From the NCBI GenBank assembly GCA_051418015.1, contig JBPRGF010000031.1, forward strand, positions 1 through 64,000: DNA of 64,000 bases, read 5' to 3'. The DNA comes from Candidatus Nitrospinota bacterium M3_3B_026. GTDB lineage: Bacteria; Nitrospinota_A; UBA7883; JBPRGF01. The notes beneath the pieces were generated by a model, which worked only from the letters and a program-made list of their open reading frames with translations, had not been told where the DNA came from and ran no database searches. Of the stretch, positions 19,152 through 29,569 are shown one piece after another; within the stretch, counting starts at the first letter, position 1; every line of letters starts with the position of its first letter. The translations under genes were made by a program, and so were the position numbers.

Positions 19152-20579
19152 ATGATGAAAGGTGACTACAAGCTGCTGATAGGCGGCGAATGGGTGGCGA
19201 CGGATCACAGGGCGGACATATTCAACCCTTACAACGGCAGGATCATCGGCAAGACATGCCTGGCCGGGAAAAAGGAGATGAACGCCGCCATAGGCGCCGC
19301 CGCGAAGGCGTTCGAGACGGCGCGCCGGGCGCCCGCCCACGAGGTCTCCGGCCTGCTCAAACGCGCCGTCCACGGGATCATCAGGAACAGGAAAAGGCTC
19401 GTGGACACGATCGTGGCCGAGGCGGGAAAGCCCGTCGCCCTGGCCGAGCAGGAGGTGGACCGCACCGTCACGACCTTCGGCATCGCCGCCGAGGAGGCGG
19501 GCAGGCAGGGCGGCGAGCTTCTGCCGGTGGACATCGACCCCCGCGCCGAGGGGCGTTGGGCGATTGTCAAACGGTTCCCCGTCGGCGTCGTGGCGGGGAT
19601 ATCGCCTTTCAACTTTCCGCTCAACCTCGTCGCGCACAAGGTGGCCCCGGCGATCGCGGCGAAAAACACGATCGTTCTGAAACCCGCGACGAAGACACCC
19701 GGCGCGGCGGTGATCCTCGGCGAGATATTGCTCGAGGCGGGCATGGCGCCGGGCCAGTACAACGTCGTCCCGTGCCCCCGGGACGTGGGGGAGACGCTGG
19801 CCACCGACGAGCGTGTCAAAAAGCTCACCTTCACCGGCAGCCCGCCCGTGGGATGGCGGCTCAAGGAGCTTGCGTCGGGGAAGAAGGTGACCCTGGAGCT
19901 TGGCGGCAACGCCGCGGCGGTGGTCTGTGACGACGCGGATTTGAAGTGGGCGATCCCGAGGATCGCCGCGGGGGCTTTTGGATACGCGGGGCAGGTCTGC
20001 ATCAGCGTGCAGAGGATCCTTATCCAGCGCGGGATTTACGGCAAGGCCGTCCGCGCCCTGGCGGCCCACACCAGAAGCAGCGTGAAGGCGGGGAACCCGA
20101 AAAAAAGGGGCGTCACCGTCGGGCCGATGATCGACGGCGCGGCGCTTAAGAAAACGGAGGAGTGGATACGGGAGGCCGTCGATGGCGGGGCGAAGATCCT
20201 CGCCGGGGGCAGGCGGCGGGGGAAGGTCTACGAGCCGACGCTGCTGTCCAACGTCAAAAAGACGATGCGGATCGTCTGCCAGGAGGCTTTCGCGCCGGTG
20301 GCGGTGGTCCAGCCCTTCGGGACGGTCCGGCAGGCGATGCGGATGGTCAACGACTCCGCCTACGGGCTGCAGATGGGAATTTTCACCCGCGGCATGGACA
20401 ACGCCTTTTACGCCTTCGAGGAGGCGGAAGTCGGCGGCGTGATCGTCAACGACTTCCCGACGTTTCGCGTCGACAACATGCCCTACGGCGGGGTGAAGCT
20501 CTCCGGGTTCGGCAGGGAGGGCGTTCGCTACGCCATCGAGGAGATGACCGAGCCGAAAGTGATGGTCATAAAACCCTGA
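19152..20579 (+). CDS. Aldehyde dehydrogenase family protein
   Basis: PFNFP, FTGS, LELGGN, GQVCIS, EAFAP, GGVKLSGFGREG. Confidence 0.93.
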   Translation: MMKGDYKLLIGGEWVATDHRADIFNPYNGRIIGKTCLAGKKEMNAAIGAAAKAFETARRAPAHEVSGLLKRAVHGIIRNRKRLVDTIVAEAGKPVALAEQEVDRTVTTFGIAAEEAGRQGGELLPVDIDPRAEGRWAIVKRFPVGVVAGISPFNFPLNLVAHKVAPAIAAKNTIVLKPATKTPGAAVILGEILLEAGMAPGQYNVVPCPRDVGETLATDERVKKLTFTGSPPVGWRLKELASGKKVTLELGGNAAAVVCDDADLKWAIPRIAAGAFGYAGQVCISVQRILIQRGIYGKAVRALAAHTRSSVKAGNPKKRGVTVGPMIDGAALKKTEEWIREAVDGGAKILAGGRRRGKVYEPTLLSNVKKTMRIVCQEAFAPVAVVQPFGTVRQAMRMVNDSAYGLQMGIFTRGMDNAFYAFEEAEVGGVIVNDFPTFRVDNMPYGGVKLSGFGREGVRYAIEEMTEPKVMVIKP

Positions 20580-20650
20580 CGGGAGCGCTGACCGGCGCCT
20601 CACACACAATCACGACGGACTCTCTTCAGAACAGGCGCTCTCCCGCCAAG

Positions 20651-20811
20651 CCGGATTCTCAATTCCGGGAACGCGGAGCCTGGAAATTCCCGAAACCGGG
20701 AAACCTGTAACGAACAGATGCTAGGGTGTTCACTTTCCTTCGGAATAACTCATTGTAATAACAAACTATATATTACTGCCCCGGAAAGCGCGGAGCGGCA
20801 TAAAATTTGAA
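20651..20811 (+). promoter_or_regulatory. sigma54 promoter (CGGCAT-N5-TTGAA, 20796-20811) with upstream activator-like site (20651-20671)
   Basis: -24/-12 geometry; the 21-mer is shared with the promoter at 38411-38572. Confidence 0.6.
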
Positions 20812-20857
20812 TATAACTTTATATGCTTCGATAGATCATCGTTTATGACAAGACGGA

Positions 20858-21877
20858 GTGAGGCTTATCTTGAAAAGATTTTCGTTTCTGGCCGCGGCTG
20901 CGGCCTTCGCGCTGACCGCGTGGGCGGGGGCGGCTTCCGCCGATGGGTGGAGCCCCGATTCCCGCGCCAGCAACCTTGGGAGCGTGGTTAACACGCGCCA
21001 CAACCTTCTGGCCACGTATTCCAACGTGCCTCCCGAGGGGTACCCCTGGGGGATGAAGGAGCTGATAGAAGGCGAAGGGGACACGAAGGGCAAGTGGAAC
21101 GCCTATGGCGAGGTCTGCGTCTTCTGCCACACCCCCCACGGCGCGAGCCAGACGGCGGAGGCCCCCCTGTGGAACCGCAACATGAGGGGTACCAACTATT
21201 ACTGGACGTACAGCATGCCCACCTTCAGCGGACAGATCGCGGAGGTCTCCTACGGCCAGTGGCAATGGGACGACCGCAAGGCGCGCCGCATGAACCCGAA
21301 CTCCCAGATCTGCCTCTCCTGCCACGACGGGACCCTCGGCATGGACGCGGTCCTGAACATGCCCGGCTCCGGCAGATATTCCGCCCTCGGCGAATATGTC
21401 GAGGACTCCTACGACGCCAACGGGGTCAAAGACTTCCTGGACACGTGGACGAACCCCAACGGCCTGCCATCGACCCATAACGCCATGCCCAGCTGCTACG
21501 GATGCCATTCGCCGGGCAACATCGGGTGGCCGCAGGATTTCTACGGGTTCCTCATAGCGCCGTATGTCGATGCCGCCCTGGAGCTGAGGGACGACCACCC
21601 GGTGGCCATCAAGCTGCCCGACACCAACATCTACGACTTCAACCAGCCGACGGGCTCCCAGGGCGACATGCTGTTTTACGACACGAACGGCGACGGCCGC
21701 GCGGACAATAACGAAGTACGCTTTTATGACTACGGCTCGGGCCCTTCCGTCGAGTGCACATCCTGCCACGATCCACACGGCGTGGAGTCCGCCGGGCCGG
21801 GCAGCATGCTGATTCCCTCCTTCCTGCGGGTCAACAACAACGGCTCGTCGTTGTGCCAGACCTGCCACGACAAGTGA
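20858..21877 (+). CDS. Secreted pentaheme cytochrome c, OmcE-like
   Basis: Signal peptide; CVFCH, CLSCH, CYGCH, CTSCH, CQTCH; NTRH, PLWNR, DDHPV motifs. Confidence 0.9.
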   Translation: MRLILKRFSFLAAAAAFALTAWAGAASADGWSPDSRASNLGSVVNTRHNLLATYSNVPPEGYPWGMKELIEGEGDTKGKWNAYGEVCVFCHTPHGASQTAEAPLWNRNMRGTNYYWTYSMPTFSGQIAEVSYGQWQWDDRKARRMNPNSQICLSCHDGTLGMDAVLNMPGSGRYSALGEYVEDSYDANGVKDFLDTWTNPNGLPSTHNAMPSCYGCHSPGNIGWPQDFYGFLIAPYVDAALELRDDHPVAIKLPDTNIYDFNQPTGSQGDMLFYDTNGDGRADNNEVRFYDYGSGPSVECTSCHDPHGVESAGPGSMLIPSFLRVNNNGSSLCQTCHDK

Positions 21878-21989
21878 AGGGGAATATCCGGCGTCCGGGG
21901 AGGAAAGCGCTTCTCATTCTCCCCCTCGCGGGGAGAGGATAAAGGTTGGGGGCGCTATTCGTCCCCTCCCGCCGGGAATCGAGGTATTT

Positions 21990-23906
21990 TTAGAGCCCGG
22001 CCCGCTCGAGGTTCATATAGACTTCCACCTCGCCGTCCTTTTCCGCCTCCTCGCGCAGGCCGGCGAGGTATTCCGTATACATCCGTGATCTTTTGTTGAT
22101 GAGCAGGACGTCGCGTATCTCGGCGAGTTTTTCGCCCATCTCCTTTTCCGGGAGCGCGGGGCGGGAGACTGTCCGGATCGCCATGTAGCCTTCCAGGCTC
22201 TTTGTCACGGCGGCCTCCCCCACGTCCAGCGCGAAAGCCTCCTTGACTATCCCCTCCTCCTTCTCCTTCGACATGTCCGCGAGGTCGCGCCGCGAGAAAG
22301 GCTCCGTCACTTTCACTTCCAGCCCCTCCGCGGCGGCCGCCTCGGAAAGCGCCATCCCTTCGTTGGTTTTCTTTGCGATCCGCTCCGCCACGGCGGACGC
22401 CTTCTTGACCGACTTTTCCAGCCGGACTTCCTCCTCCACTTTATCCCTCACCTGCTCGAGGGGCGGAACGCGGGAAGGCTCGACGGAGTCCACCATCGCC
22501 AGGACGAAGGAGTCCGCAAGCTCTATTGCGTCCGACACTCTGCCCTTTTCGAGCTCGAAAACCTTCCTCGCAAGCGGCTCCGCCCCCTCCATGGAGAGGA
22601 TCGGCTCGCCTTTGGAGAGGACGTGGGTCTCCAGTTTCAGCGCCTCATGTTCCCCCACCGCTTCGGCGAACCCGCCGGGAGTCAGCCCCTCCGCTATCTT
22701 TTTCATCAGCCCGCGCGCGGCCTTACGGGCCTTCATCCGCCTCACCTTCTGCTCCACCTCGGCGCGGATTTTTTCGAGCGGCGGCGTCATCGCCTCCTCG
22801 CGGGAGACGGCCTGCGCGATGTGCCATCCGAAGCTCGTCCTGAAAGGCTCCGACACCTCCCCCTGCTCGAGGCCGAAGACAACCTCCTCGAACTCCGGAA
22901 CCATCACGCCCCGGCCGAAGGTCCCGAGGCTCCCCCCCTCCTCGGCCGACGGCCCTTCGGACATCTCCTTCGCCACAACCTCAAAATCCTCCCCCGCGGC
23001 CAGGCGGGCGGCGGCCCTGTCTATCTTCTCCTTCGCGCGGGCGGCCTCCTCCGCCGCCGCCTGCGGCCCCGCCTTGGCCAGGATGTGGCGCGCGGTCACC
23101 CGGTCCTCAACGGAGAACTCGGCGGAGCGTTCGTCGTAGTATCTTTCCACCTCGCCGTCCGCAATCTCCACCCTGTCCTCGAACGCCGCGACAGGGGCGG
23201 CCAGTGTCTTGAACGTGCGTTTCTCCGGTATCCGGAAATCCTCCTTGCGCCTGTCGTAGAACGACTCGGCCTCCTCCTCCGTGACCTCGGTTTGGGTGAC
23301 GTACTTTTCGGCGGGGACGCTCACGTATTCCACGACCACGGGCTGGTAGTCATGCAGATACTGGTTCAGCGCCTCCGTGTCCGAGACGTTCGCCGCCCTC
23401 TGGACCATGAAGCGCAGCTTGGCCATAAGCAGGTCCTCGCGCAGGTCCTCCTCGAAGATCCTGGGCGGGACGCCGCTCCGGGTCAGGACGTCGATGTACC
23501 GCTCCCTGCTGAAAACACCGGCGCGCTGGAACTCCGGCATGTTCTCTATGATGTCGGTCAGCTCCCTGTCGCTGACCTGCAGGCCCTCCCGCCGGGCGGC
23601 GCGGACCTGCAGGACGTTCTCCACGATCGAGTTGAGCGCCATGGCGCGGGGGTCGATGGTCTCCAGCATGGCGGGGGAAAACCTCCCCGCGAACCGGTCC
23701 CGGATCGTCCTCTCCACCTTCCTCACGTGTTCGTCGAAGCGCTGCCTGGTGATCTCCTCTCCGGCCACCACCGCCACCACCTGGTCCTTTTTCGTCGAGC
23801 CCCTGCCCCACCACAGGAAGATGGACCCCACGAAAGTGGCGGCGATCCCGTAGATAAGCACCTTGCTGGCCCAGGTGCGGGCGCCCTCGCGGAAGATGTT
23901 CAGCAT
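21990..23906 (-). CDS. ppiD: SurA-N/parvulin periplasmic chaperone, PpiD-like
   Basis: N-terminal anchor, ARHIL, GGSLG.F..G.MVPEFE, FGWH. Confidence 0.85.
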   Translation of the reverse strand: MLNIFREGARTWASKVLIYGIAATFVGSIFLWWGRGSTKKDQVVAVVAGEEITRQRFDEHVRKVERTIRDRFAGRFSPAMLETIDPRAMALNSIVENVLQVRAARREGLQVSDRELTDIIENMPEFQRAGVFSRERYIDVLTRSGVPPRIFEEDLREDLLMAKLRFMVQRAANVSDTEALNQYLHDYQPVVVEYVSVPAEKYVTQTEVTEEEAESFYDRRKEDFRIPEKRTFKTLAAPVAAFEDRVEIADGEVERYYDERSAEFSVEDRVTARHILAKAGPQAAAEEAARAKEKIDRAAARLAAGEDFEVVAKEMSEGPSAEEGGSLGTFGRGVMVPEFEEVVFGLEQGEVSEPFRTSFGWHIAQAVSREEAMTPPLEKIRAEVEQKVRRMKARKAARGLMKKIAEGLTPGGFAEAVGEHEALKLETHVLSKGEPILSMEGAEPLARKVFELEKGRVSDAIELADSFVLAMVDSVEPSRVPPLEQVRDKVEEEVRLEKSVKKASAVAERIAKKTNEGMALSEAAAAEGLEVKVTEPFSRRDLADMSKEKEEGIVKEAFALDVGEAAVTKSLEGYMAIRTVSRPALPEKEMGEKLAEIRDVLLINKRSRMYTEYLAGLREEAEKDGEVEVYMNLERAGL

Positions 23907-23925
23907 CGGTCCCCCCTCATTCCGT

Positions 23926-24867
23926 TCACTCCTCCAGCGCGCCCATCCCGGAGAGAATCTCCGAGGCTTCGAGGGCTTCGTCGGAGGTTGGGTACTTGTC
24001 GAGGATAGTGGTCAGCCGCTCCAGGGCAGGGCCCTCCGCCTCAAGCTCAAGCAGAGCTTTCGCGCTCGAAAGTAGCGCCGCGGGGGCCTTGTTGCTTGAG
24101 GGATATTTCCGGGCCATCTCGTCGAAGGCCGTGGCGGCCTTGTCGGGCTCGCCTTTGCCGAGATGGGCCTCACCGATCCAGTAGGCGGCGTTGTCGGAGA
24201 GACTGGTGTCCGGGTAGAGCGCAAGATATTCGCTGAAACCCTTTATGGCCCGGTCGAACTCGCCTTTCAGGTAATGGTCGTAAGAGCCCTGGTAAAGCTC
24301 CCCCGGCGCCATCCGCTCCGCCCTGGGGGCTGGCGCTGGCTCTGCCCGGGGCCGTTCCGGCGGGGCGGAGACGCCCTCCTCTTCGGCGATCTTTTCGACG
24401 GCCTCGCGGTGGGTCTTCCAGGTGATGCCGCTTCGTTTTTCCATGAGCCGGATGAAGGCGCGCGTCTCCAGGGAGAGGACATGGACCTGCTCGCTTATGG
24501 AGTCCAGCGCGGCCTGCTGGGCGGCGGCGTCCTCCATCGTCTGGTCGCGCGAGTCCGCCACCAGGCGCCCGAGGGAGCTTTCCACCTCCCCTATCCGCTC
24601 CATGAGCATCTGCGCCCTGGCGTTGAACTCCTCTATCTGCCCCCGCATCGTGATGACGGAAGACTCCAGCTCGCCTATGTTGGCCACGAGGTCCGCCTGG
24701 GACCTCATATTTTTGTAAAGGAAAGCCACGCGCTCGTCCATCCTGGTGATCTGGTTTCTCATCAGGGCGGCTTCCTGCTGTGTCATGGAGGCGCAGGAGG
24801 CCGAGACGGCCGCGATACAGACGGCCGCCAGAAGCGCGGACAGCCGGGACATCCTGGAGAGGCTCAT
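23926..24867 (-). CDS. cpoB: Tol-Pal protein YbgF/CpoB
   Basis: Lipobox, coiled coil, TPR with NAAYWIGE; downstream of pal. Confidence 0.88.
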   Translation of the reverse strand: MSLSRMSRLSALLAAVCIAAVSASCASMTQQEAALMRNQITRMDERVAFLYKNMRSQADLVANIGELESSVITMRGQIEEFNARAQMLMERIGEVESSLGRLVADSRDQTMEDAAAQQAALDSISEQVHVLSLETRAFIRLMEKRSGITWKTHREAVEKIAEEEGVSAPPERPRAEPAPAPRAERMAPGELYQGSYDHYLKGEFDRAIKGFSEYLALYPDTSLSDNAAYWIGEAHLGKGEPDKAATAFDEMARKYPSSNKAPAALLSSAKALLELEAEGPALERLTTILDKYPTSDEALEASEILSGMGALEE

Positions 24868-24964
24868 GTCATCTGGCGCATAGGGCCGGCGGCCGCGCTC
24901 CTCGAAGGCGCGGACAAGCGCGGCCCCCTCACAACCGGGGCCGGACGGCCTTCGGCGCGGCCCG

Positions 24965-25513
24965 TTACCTCGTCACCAGGAAATGCGCCCTGCGGTTCCT
25001 GGCCCACGCCTCCTCGTCGTGCCCCGGGTCGGCGGGCAGCTCTTCGCCGTAGCTGATCGTGTAGAGCCTGTCCGGGTCCACCCCCAGGGAGACGAGATAG
25101 TTCTTCACGGAGTTGGCCCTCCGCTCGCCGAGGGCGAGGTTGTACTCCTCCGTGCCCCGCTCGTCGCAGTGGCCCTCGATCTGTATCTTCACGCCGGCGT
25201 TGTTCTTGATCCATTCCGCGTTCTTCTCCAGCGTCGCGCGGGCGTCGGGCCGCAGGTCGGACTTGTCGAAGTCGAAGTAGATGTTCTCCAGGGCGACCTC
25301 CTCGACGTACTCGGCGCGGGCCCCCTCCTGCTCGGCCGCCTCGGTCATGGGCTCCTCGCTTATCATCTCCCCTTCCGCGGGGGCCGTCTCCGCGGGGCCG
25401 GCATCGGGCAGGGTCTCCTTCTTCTTGGGCCCACAGGCGCCAAGGGTCACAAGCGATGTCACCGCGAACGCGGCTATCATCAGAAATATTACTCTGTTTT
25501 TCGAATGGATCAT
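24965..25513 (-). CDS. pal: Peptidoglycan-associated lipoprotein
   Basis: LGAC lipobox; [28 protein letters not shown]. Confidence 0.96.
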   Translation of the reverse strand: MIHSKNRVIFLMIAAFAVTSLVTLGACGPKKKETLPDAGPAETAPAEGEMISEEPMTEAAEQEGARAEYVEEVALENIYFDFDKSDLRPDARATLEKNAEWIKNNAGVKIQIEGHCDERGTEEYNLALGERRANSVKNYLVSLGVDPDRLYTISYGEELPADPGHDEEAWARNRRAHFLVTR

Positions 25514-25640
25514 GCGAGCTCTCCAGGTCGATGAGATCGTTTCACATAGGTAAAATGCGGCTTATTCCAGCGTTCGATTCTCCGTCCGCGCTAATTTAGC
25601 AGACCGCCCATCTCTTTTCAAGTGAAAAACAAGACTGTCA

Positions 25641-26996
25641 TCACCCCCCATCCCCGGACGAAAGATCCGGCCCCCAGGCGGGGGTGTATCCCCCTCCCTG
25701 AAGGGAGGTGATCCGCCTCTGGCCGGAGCCGTCCGCTTTCATTATATATATCTGCCGGCTCCCCGCCCTGTTGGAGGAGAAGGCTATGTTCCTGCCGTCG
25801 GGCGACCAGGAGGGCGCCTCGTTTGTCCCCGCGCCGGAGGTCAGCTGCCTTGTGTCGGAGGATTCCCTGACGTTTATCACCGCGATGTTGAACTTGCCGT
25901 CCAGCAGCGAGGTGTAGGCTATGTGGGCGCCTTTCGGCGACCAGGCGGCGCCGTCGTTGTAACCGCCCTTGAAGGTCAGCCGCTTCCGGCCCGTCCCGTC
26001 GATGTTCATGGTGTATATCTGCGGCGAGCCGGACATGTCCGACGTGAAGGCGATCCTCTTTCCGTCGGGCGACCAGGAGGGGGAGGTTTCGATCGACCTC
26101 CAGCGGGTTATCTTCCTCACGTTGGAGCCGTCGGCGTCGCAAATGTAAATGTCCGAGTTCCCTTTGCGCGAAAGGGAGAAGGCCACCTTCTTTCCATCGG
26201 GCGACCACTCGCCGGTGGTGTTCACCCCGATCCGGCGCGATATGGGATAGCGCAGCCCGGCCTTCAGGTCTATGGCGTAGAGGTCGGGGTTGCGGTACCT
26301 GTAGGTGGTGAAGAGGATCAGGTTGCTCTTCGGGTTCCAGTCCGGCAGCAGGACGATCGACCGGTCGGAGGTGATGGGCCTAGGGTTGAACCCGTCGTAG
26401 TCCATGATGAAAAGCTCCTTGCGCCCCATCACCCTGGATACGAAGGCGATCTTGGTCCTGGCTACCCCCCGCTCGCCCGTCAGCCGCTCCAGGAAGTCGT
26501 TGGAGAACTGGTGGACTATCTGCCGGAAAAGCTTTCTCGGGCCTATGTACCTTTTCGAGAAGAAAAGGGCCTTCGCCTGCAGGTCGTAGACCTTGATCTC
26601 GACGGCGAGGGCGCCGGACTCCCTGAAGCTTATGGCGCCTTTCACCAGGAAGTTCGAGGCCAGCGTCCGCCACTCCTTGAAGTCTATCTCTCCTTTCCGC
26701 TCGTCCCGCTTTCGCGCCTCGCGCATGAAGCCGTAGTTGTCGTTCGGCTTGAAGTAGCCGGAGAAATCCAGGTCGTGGTTCACGGTCTCGGCCGCTTCCC
26801 TTCCCAGCCCTTCGGCGTCCTTTCCCTCCCCGGAGAACTCGGGGACGGCCACCTCGATCCGCTTCGACTCCGTCCTCTTCGTGCTGAGGTAGACGTCGGA
26901 CTGGGCCGGCGCGGCCGGCGGCGACGCCAGGACAAACGCCAGGACGAGAGCCGCGAGGGCAGGGGCGCGTCCCGTTCTATCTTTCATGCTGCTCAT
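25641..26996 (-). CDS. tolB: Tol-Pal beta-propeller protein TolB
   Basis: Multiple WSPDG PD40 repeats; operon context. Confidence 0.93.
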   Translation of the reverse strand: MSSMKDRTGRAPALAALVLAFVLASPPAAPAQSDVYLSTKRTESKRIEVAVPEFSGEGKDAEGLGREAAETVNHDLDFSGYFKPNDNYGFMREARKRDERKGEIDFKEWRTLASNFLVKGAISFRESGALAVEIKVYDLQAKALFFSKRYIGPRKLFRQIVHQFSNDFLERLTGERGVARTKIAFVSRVMGRKELFIMDYDGFNPRPITSDRSIVLLPDWNPKSNLILFTTYRYRNPDLYAIDLKAGLRYPISRRIGVNTTGEWSPDGKKVAFSLSRKGNSDIYICDADGSNVRKITRWRSIETSPSWSPDGKRIAFTSDMSGSPQIYTMNIDGTGRKRLTFKGGYNDGAAWSPKGAHIAYTSLLDGKFNIAVINVRESSDTRQLTSGAGTNEAPSWSPDGRNIAFSSNRAGSRQIYIMKADGSGQRRITSLQGGGYTPAWGPDLSSGDGG

Positions 26997-27753
26997 AGTT
27001 GAAAGCGAAATGCACGCCGAGGGAGCCGCCCTCGAACCCTTCCGGCAGCGGCGGGAAGGGCGCGGCGGACATCACGGCGTCGATGGCGCTCTGGTCCAGG
27101 GCGGAGCTTCCAGAGGAGCGCTCCATCCGCAGCCCGGTGACGGAGCCGTCCCTGGTTATCCTGAACCGGACCACGGGGTCCGCCCGTTTGCCGGTTATGT
27201 CTATCCCGTGGGTTATCCAGCTCTCGGTCACCTTTCGCTCCATGATCTTCAGGTACCAGACGTAGGGGAAGTAGGTCCCCTCCGTCACCACCGTTTTGGA
27301 AGGCGGCGGCATGGGCTCGGCCTTGTCCGGCTCTTTCGGTTCCGGGGTCTGCTTTTTCGCGGGTGGCGGTTCTTTTTTCGCCGGAGGCGGCGCGGGCGCT
27401 TTTTTCTCCTTCACGGGGACGATCTTCTTGCCCGCGGGTTCGATCTTTTTCTCCACGGGGAGCTTTTCGCGTTTTACCTTCTTTGCGCGCTTTGGCGATT
27501 TCTTCTCCGGCGCCGGGGGCTTTTTCTGCTTTTCCTCCAGGAGGCTGCGCGGCGCGGCCTTGGGGGCCGTCACCAGCTTCACCATGTAGGGGCTGGGGAC
27601 GATCGGCTTCGGCCCGCTGGCCAGCCGCCCCGCGGCGACGACGAGCAGCGCCGCGAGAAGGTGAGCCGCGGCGGATATCGCGATCGACCTTCTCAGCTGC
27701 CCCGGCGTGTTCAGGTCCCGCTCCCGGCGGGATAAAACCTGCTCCCTTTTCAT
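26977..27753 (-). CDS. tolA: TolA/TonB family protein
   Basis: TM with S-x3-H, Lys/Pro-rich linker, C-terminal SSGS.ALD.SA...APFPPLP. Confidence 0.8.
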   Translation of the reverse strand: MKREQVLSRRERDLNTPGQLRRSIAISAAAHLLAALLVVAAGRLASGPKPIVPSPYMVKLVTAPKAAPRSLLEEKQKKPPAPEKKSPKRAKKVKREKLPVEKKIEPAGKKIVPVKEKKAPAPPPAKKEPPPAKKQTPEPKEPDKAEPMPPPSKTVVTEGTYFPYVWYLKIMERKVTESWITHGIDITGKRADPVVRFRITRDGSVTGLRMERSSGSSALDQSAIDAVMSAAPFPPLPEGFEGGSLGVHFAFNYEQHER

Positions 27754-27822
27754 CGATAGAGGTTAACACCGCCCCGCTCCCTGAATCCATATCCCCCCGC
27801 GGGCGGGCGACCCGGCGTCATC

Positions 27823-28260
27823 TCACCCGCCGCCCCGGGCGGGGGGTATCTGGGTCACCATCCCCAGCCGCTCCACCCCGGCCCTTTTCATCACCCCCAT
27901 GACACCGACAACGGCGCCGTAGGAAAGCTCCTCGTCGGCCTGCAGGAAGATGTCCGAGGAAGGGGCCGCCGCGGCCAGGGACCGGAGCCTGTCCTCAAGG
28001 TCCTCGAGGGTCATCCTCTTGTCGTTGAAGAAGACCGCGCCATCCTTTCGCACCGTGACGACGTTCTCCTGCCTTATGTCCAGCGACCCGGCCTCCTCCT
28101 TCGGCAGGCTCACGTTTATCCCGCTTTGCATCAGCGGCGTGGTGACCATGAATATGACCAGCAGGACCAGCATCACGTCCACGAAGGGGGTGACGTTTAT
28201 CTCCGTGAGGAGCATGGACGTTTTCCGGCGAAACCTCTTCCCCCCCGTGTCCTGTATCAT
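27823..28260 (-). CDS. tolR: TolR
   Basis: EINVTPFVDVMLVLLVIFMVT. Confidence 0.92.
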   Translation of the reverse strand: MIQDTGGKRFRRKTSMLLTEINVTPFVDVMLVLLVIFMVTTPLMQSGINVSLPKEEAGSLDIRQENVVTVRKDGAVFFNDKRMTLEDLEDRLRSLAAAAPSSDIFLQADEELSYGAVVGVMGVMKRAGVERLGMVTQIPPARGGG

Positions 28261-29021
28261 CCCGAGCGCCTTATGTAGACCCTGTCGATCAGCGACAGCA
28301 TGTCCAGCGAGAAGTTGTCCATGTCGGTGGCCTTGATCTTCACCTTGTGGACGAAATGGTTGTAGCCTATGACCGCCGGTATCGCCGTGAAAAGCCCCGC
28401 GGCGGTGGCGATCAGCGCCTCGGCTATCCCCGGCGCCACGACGGCGACGTTGGCCGACCCTTGCGCGCCTATCTGGGAGAAGGCTGTCATCACACCCCAC
28501 ACCGTGCCGAAAAGACCGATGAACGGCGTCACGGAGCCGGTGGTCCCGAGAAAGATCAGCCACTTCTCGAGCTTGGTGACCTCCTGGGCCGTGGCGCGCT
28601 CAAGGGCCCGGCTGATGGAGTCTATCTTCTCCAGCAAAAGCTCGTCATCGGCAAGGTCCCGCCCGCTCTGACTGGCCCGGAACTGCGTGGCAAGCTCTAT
28701 GTACCCGGCCAGGAAGACGCGGGCCATGGGGCAGTTTCTAAGCTTCTTGGCGAAATTGTAGACCTGCTCCAGGGCGCCGCGCCGGAAAAAGACCTCCTTG
28801 AACGCATCGGTCTCCTTCTGTATCTTGCGGTAAAGACGCATCTTGTGGATCATGATGCCCCAGGAGACAAGCGAGAATACAAAAAGAGTGAGCAAAACAA
28901 GCTTGCCCACGAGCCCCGCGCCCATGACCATGTGGACGATGGAAGGCTCGAACGCCTCGCGGGAGGGCACCTGCGCTATCACCGTGTCGAGAATGAAAAA
29001 ATGGCTCATGTGGAAAACCAT
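28257..29021 (-). CDS. tolQ: TolQ
   Basis: PFIGLFGTVWG, VAPGIAEALIATAAGL. Confidence 0.94.
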   Translation of the reverse strand: MVFHMSHFFILDTVIAQVPSREAFEPSIVHMVMGAGLVGKLVLLTLFVFSLVSWGIMIHKMRLYRKIQKETDAFKEVFFRRGALEQVYNFAKKLRNCPMARVFLAGYIELATQFRASQSGRDLADDELLLEKIDSISRALERATAQEVTKLEKWLIFLGTTGSVTPFIGLFGTVWGVMTAFSQIGAQGSANVAVVAPGIAEALIATAAGLFTAIPAVIGYNHFVHKVKIKATDMDNFSLDMLSLIDRVYIRRSG

Positions 29022-29222
29022 GCGCCTTTAGCGCCGGAAATTGTCCTTATTCAGGCAAATAGCCGTTCCTATTTAAACTCAATGAAGTTTAATGTCAATT
29101 GCCATAGATGTCAATAGATATATTTCTACCCTCCCGCGACGCCGCGACGCGCTGGTTCCTTTGAACCCCTGGCGCGCCGCGCCCCGGGCGCCCCGCGGGT
29201 TTCCGCAACAAGAAGAAACCAC

Positions 29223-29545
29223 GGGATTCTTCGGCGGAGCCTGCCCTGAGCGAAGCCGAAGGGCCTAGGAATGACAACGTGTATCCCCTCCCCCGGCGGG
29301 AGGGTTTTTGAGGTCAGGCTCCGGGGTGGAATAAAGCGAATGAACATCCAACAAGTGGGGGGTATTACTCATATCACCCCCACCTCAGTCCTCCCCCGTC
29401 GGAGGGGGAGGATGTGAAAGGGTGTCATGCTGAGCGTCTCTCTTGTCATCCTGAGCCGGAGGCGAAGGATCTCGTCCCGAGCGAGCAAAGAGAGATTCTT
29501 CGGCGGAGTTTACCCTGAGCGAAGCCAAAGGGCCTCAGGATGGCA
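29223..29545. repeat. Cluster of REP-like palindromic repeats (family A TGTCATxCTGAG...CTCAGxATGACA; family B CACCCCCACCT..TCCTCCCCC..GGGGAGGA)
   Basis: Family A also at ~36049-36150, 39331-39419, 52784-52910. Family B also at ~21914-21953, 35932-36022, 37146-37234, 38181-38263, 52921-52943, 61240-61271, 63126-63153. Confidence 0.85.
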
Positions 29546-29569
29546 ACGCGCGGGGGCCGCTTCGTTTTT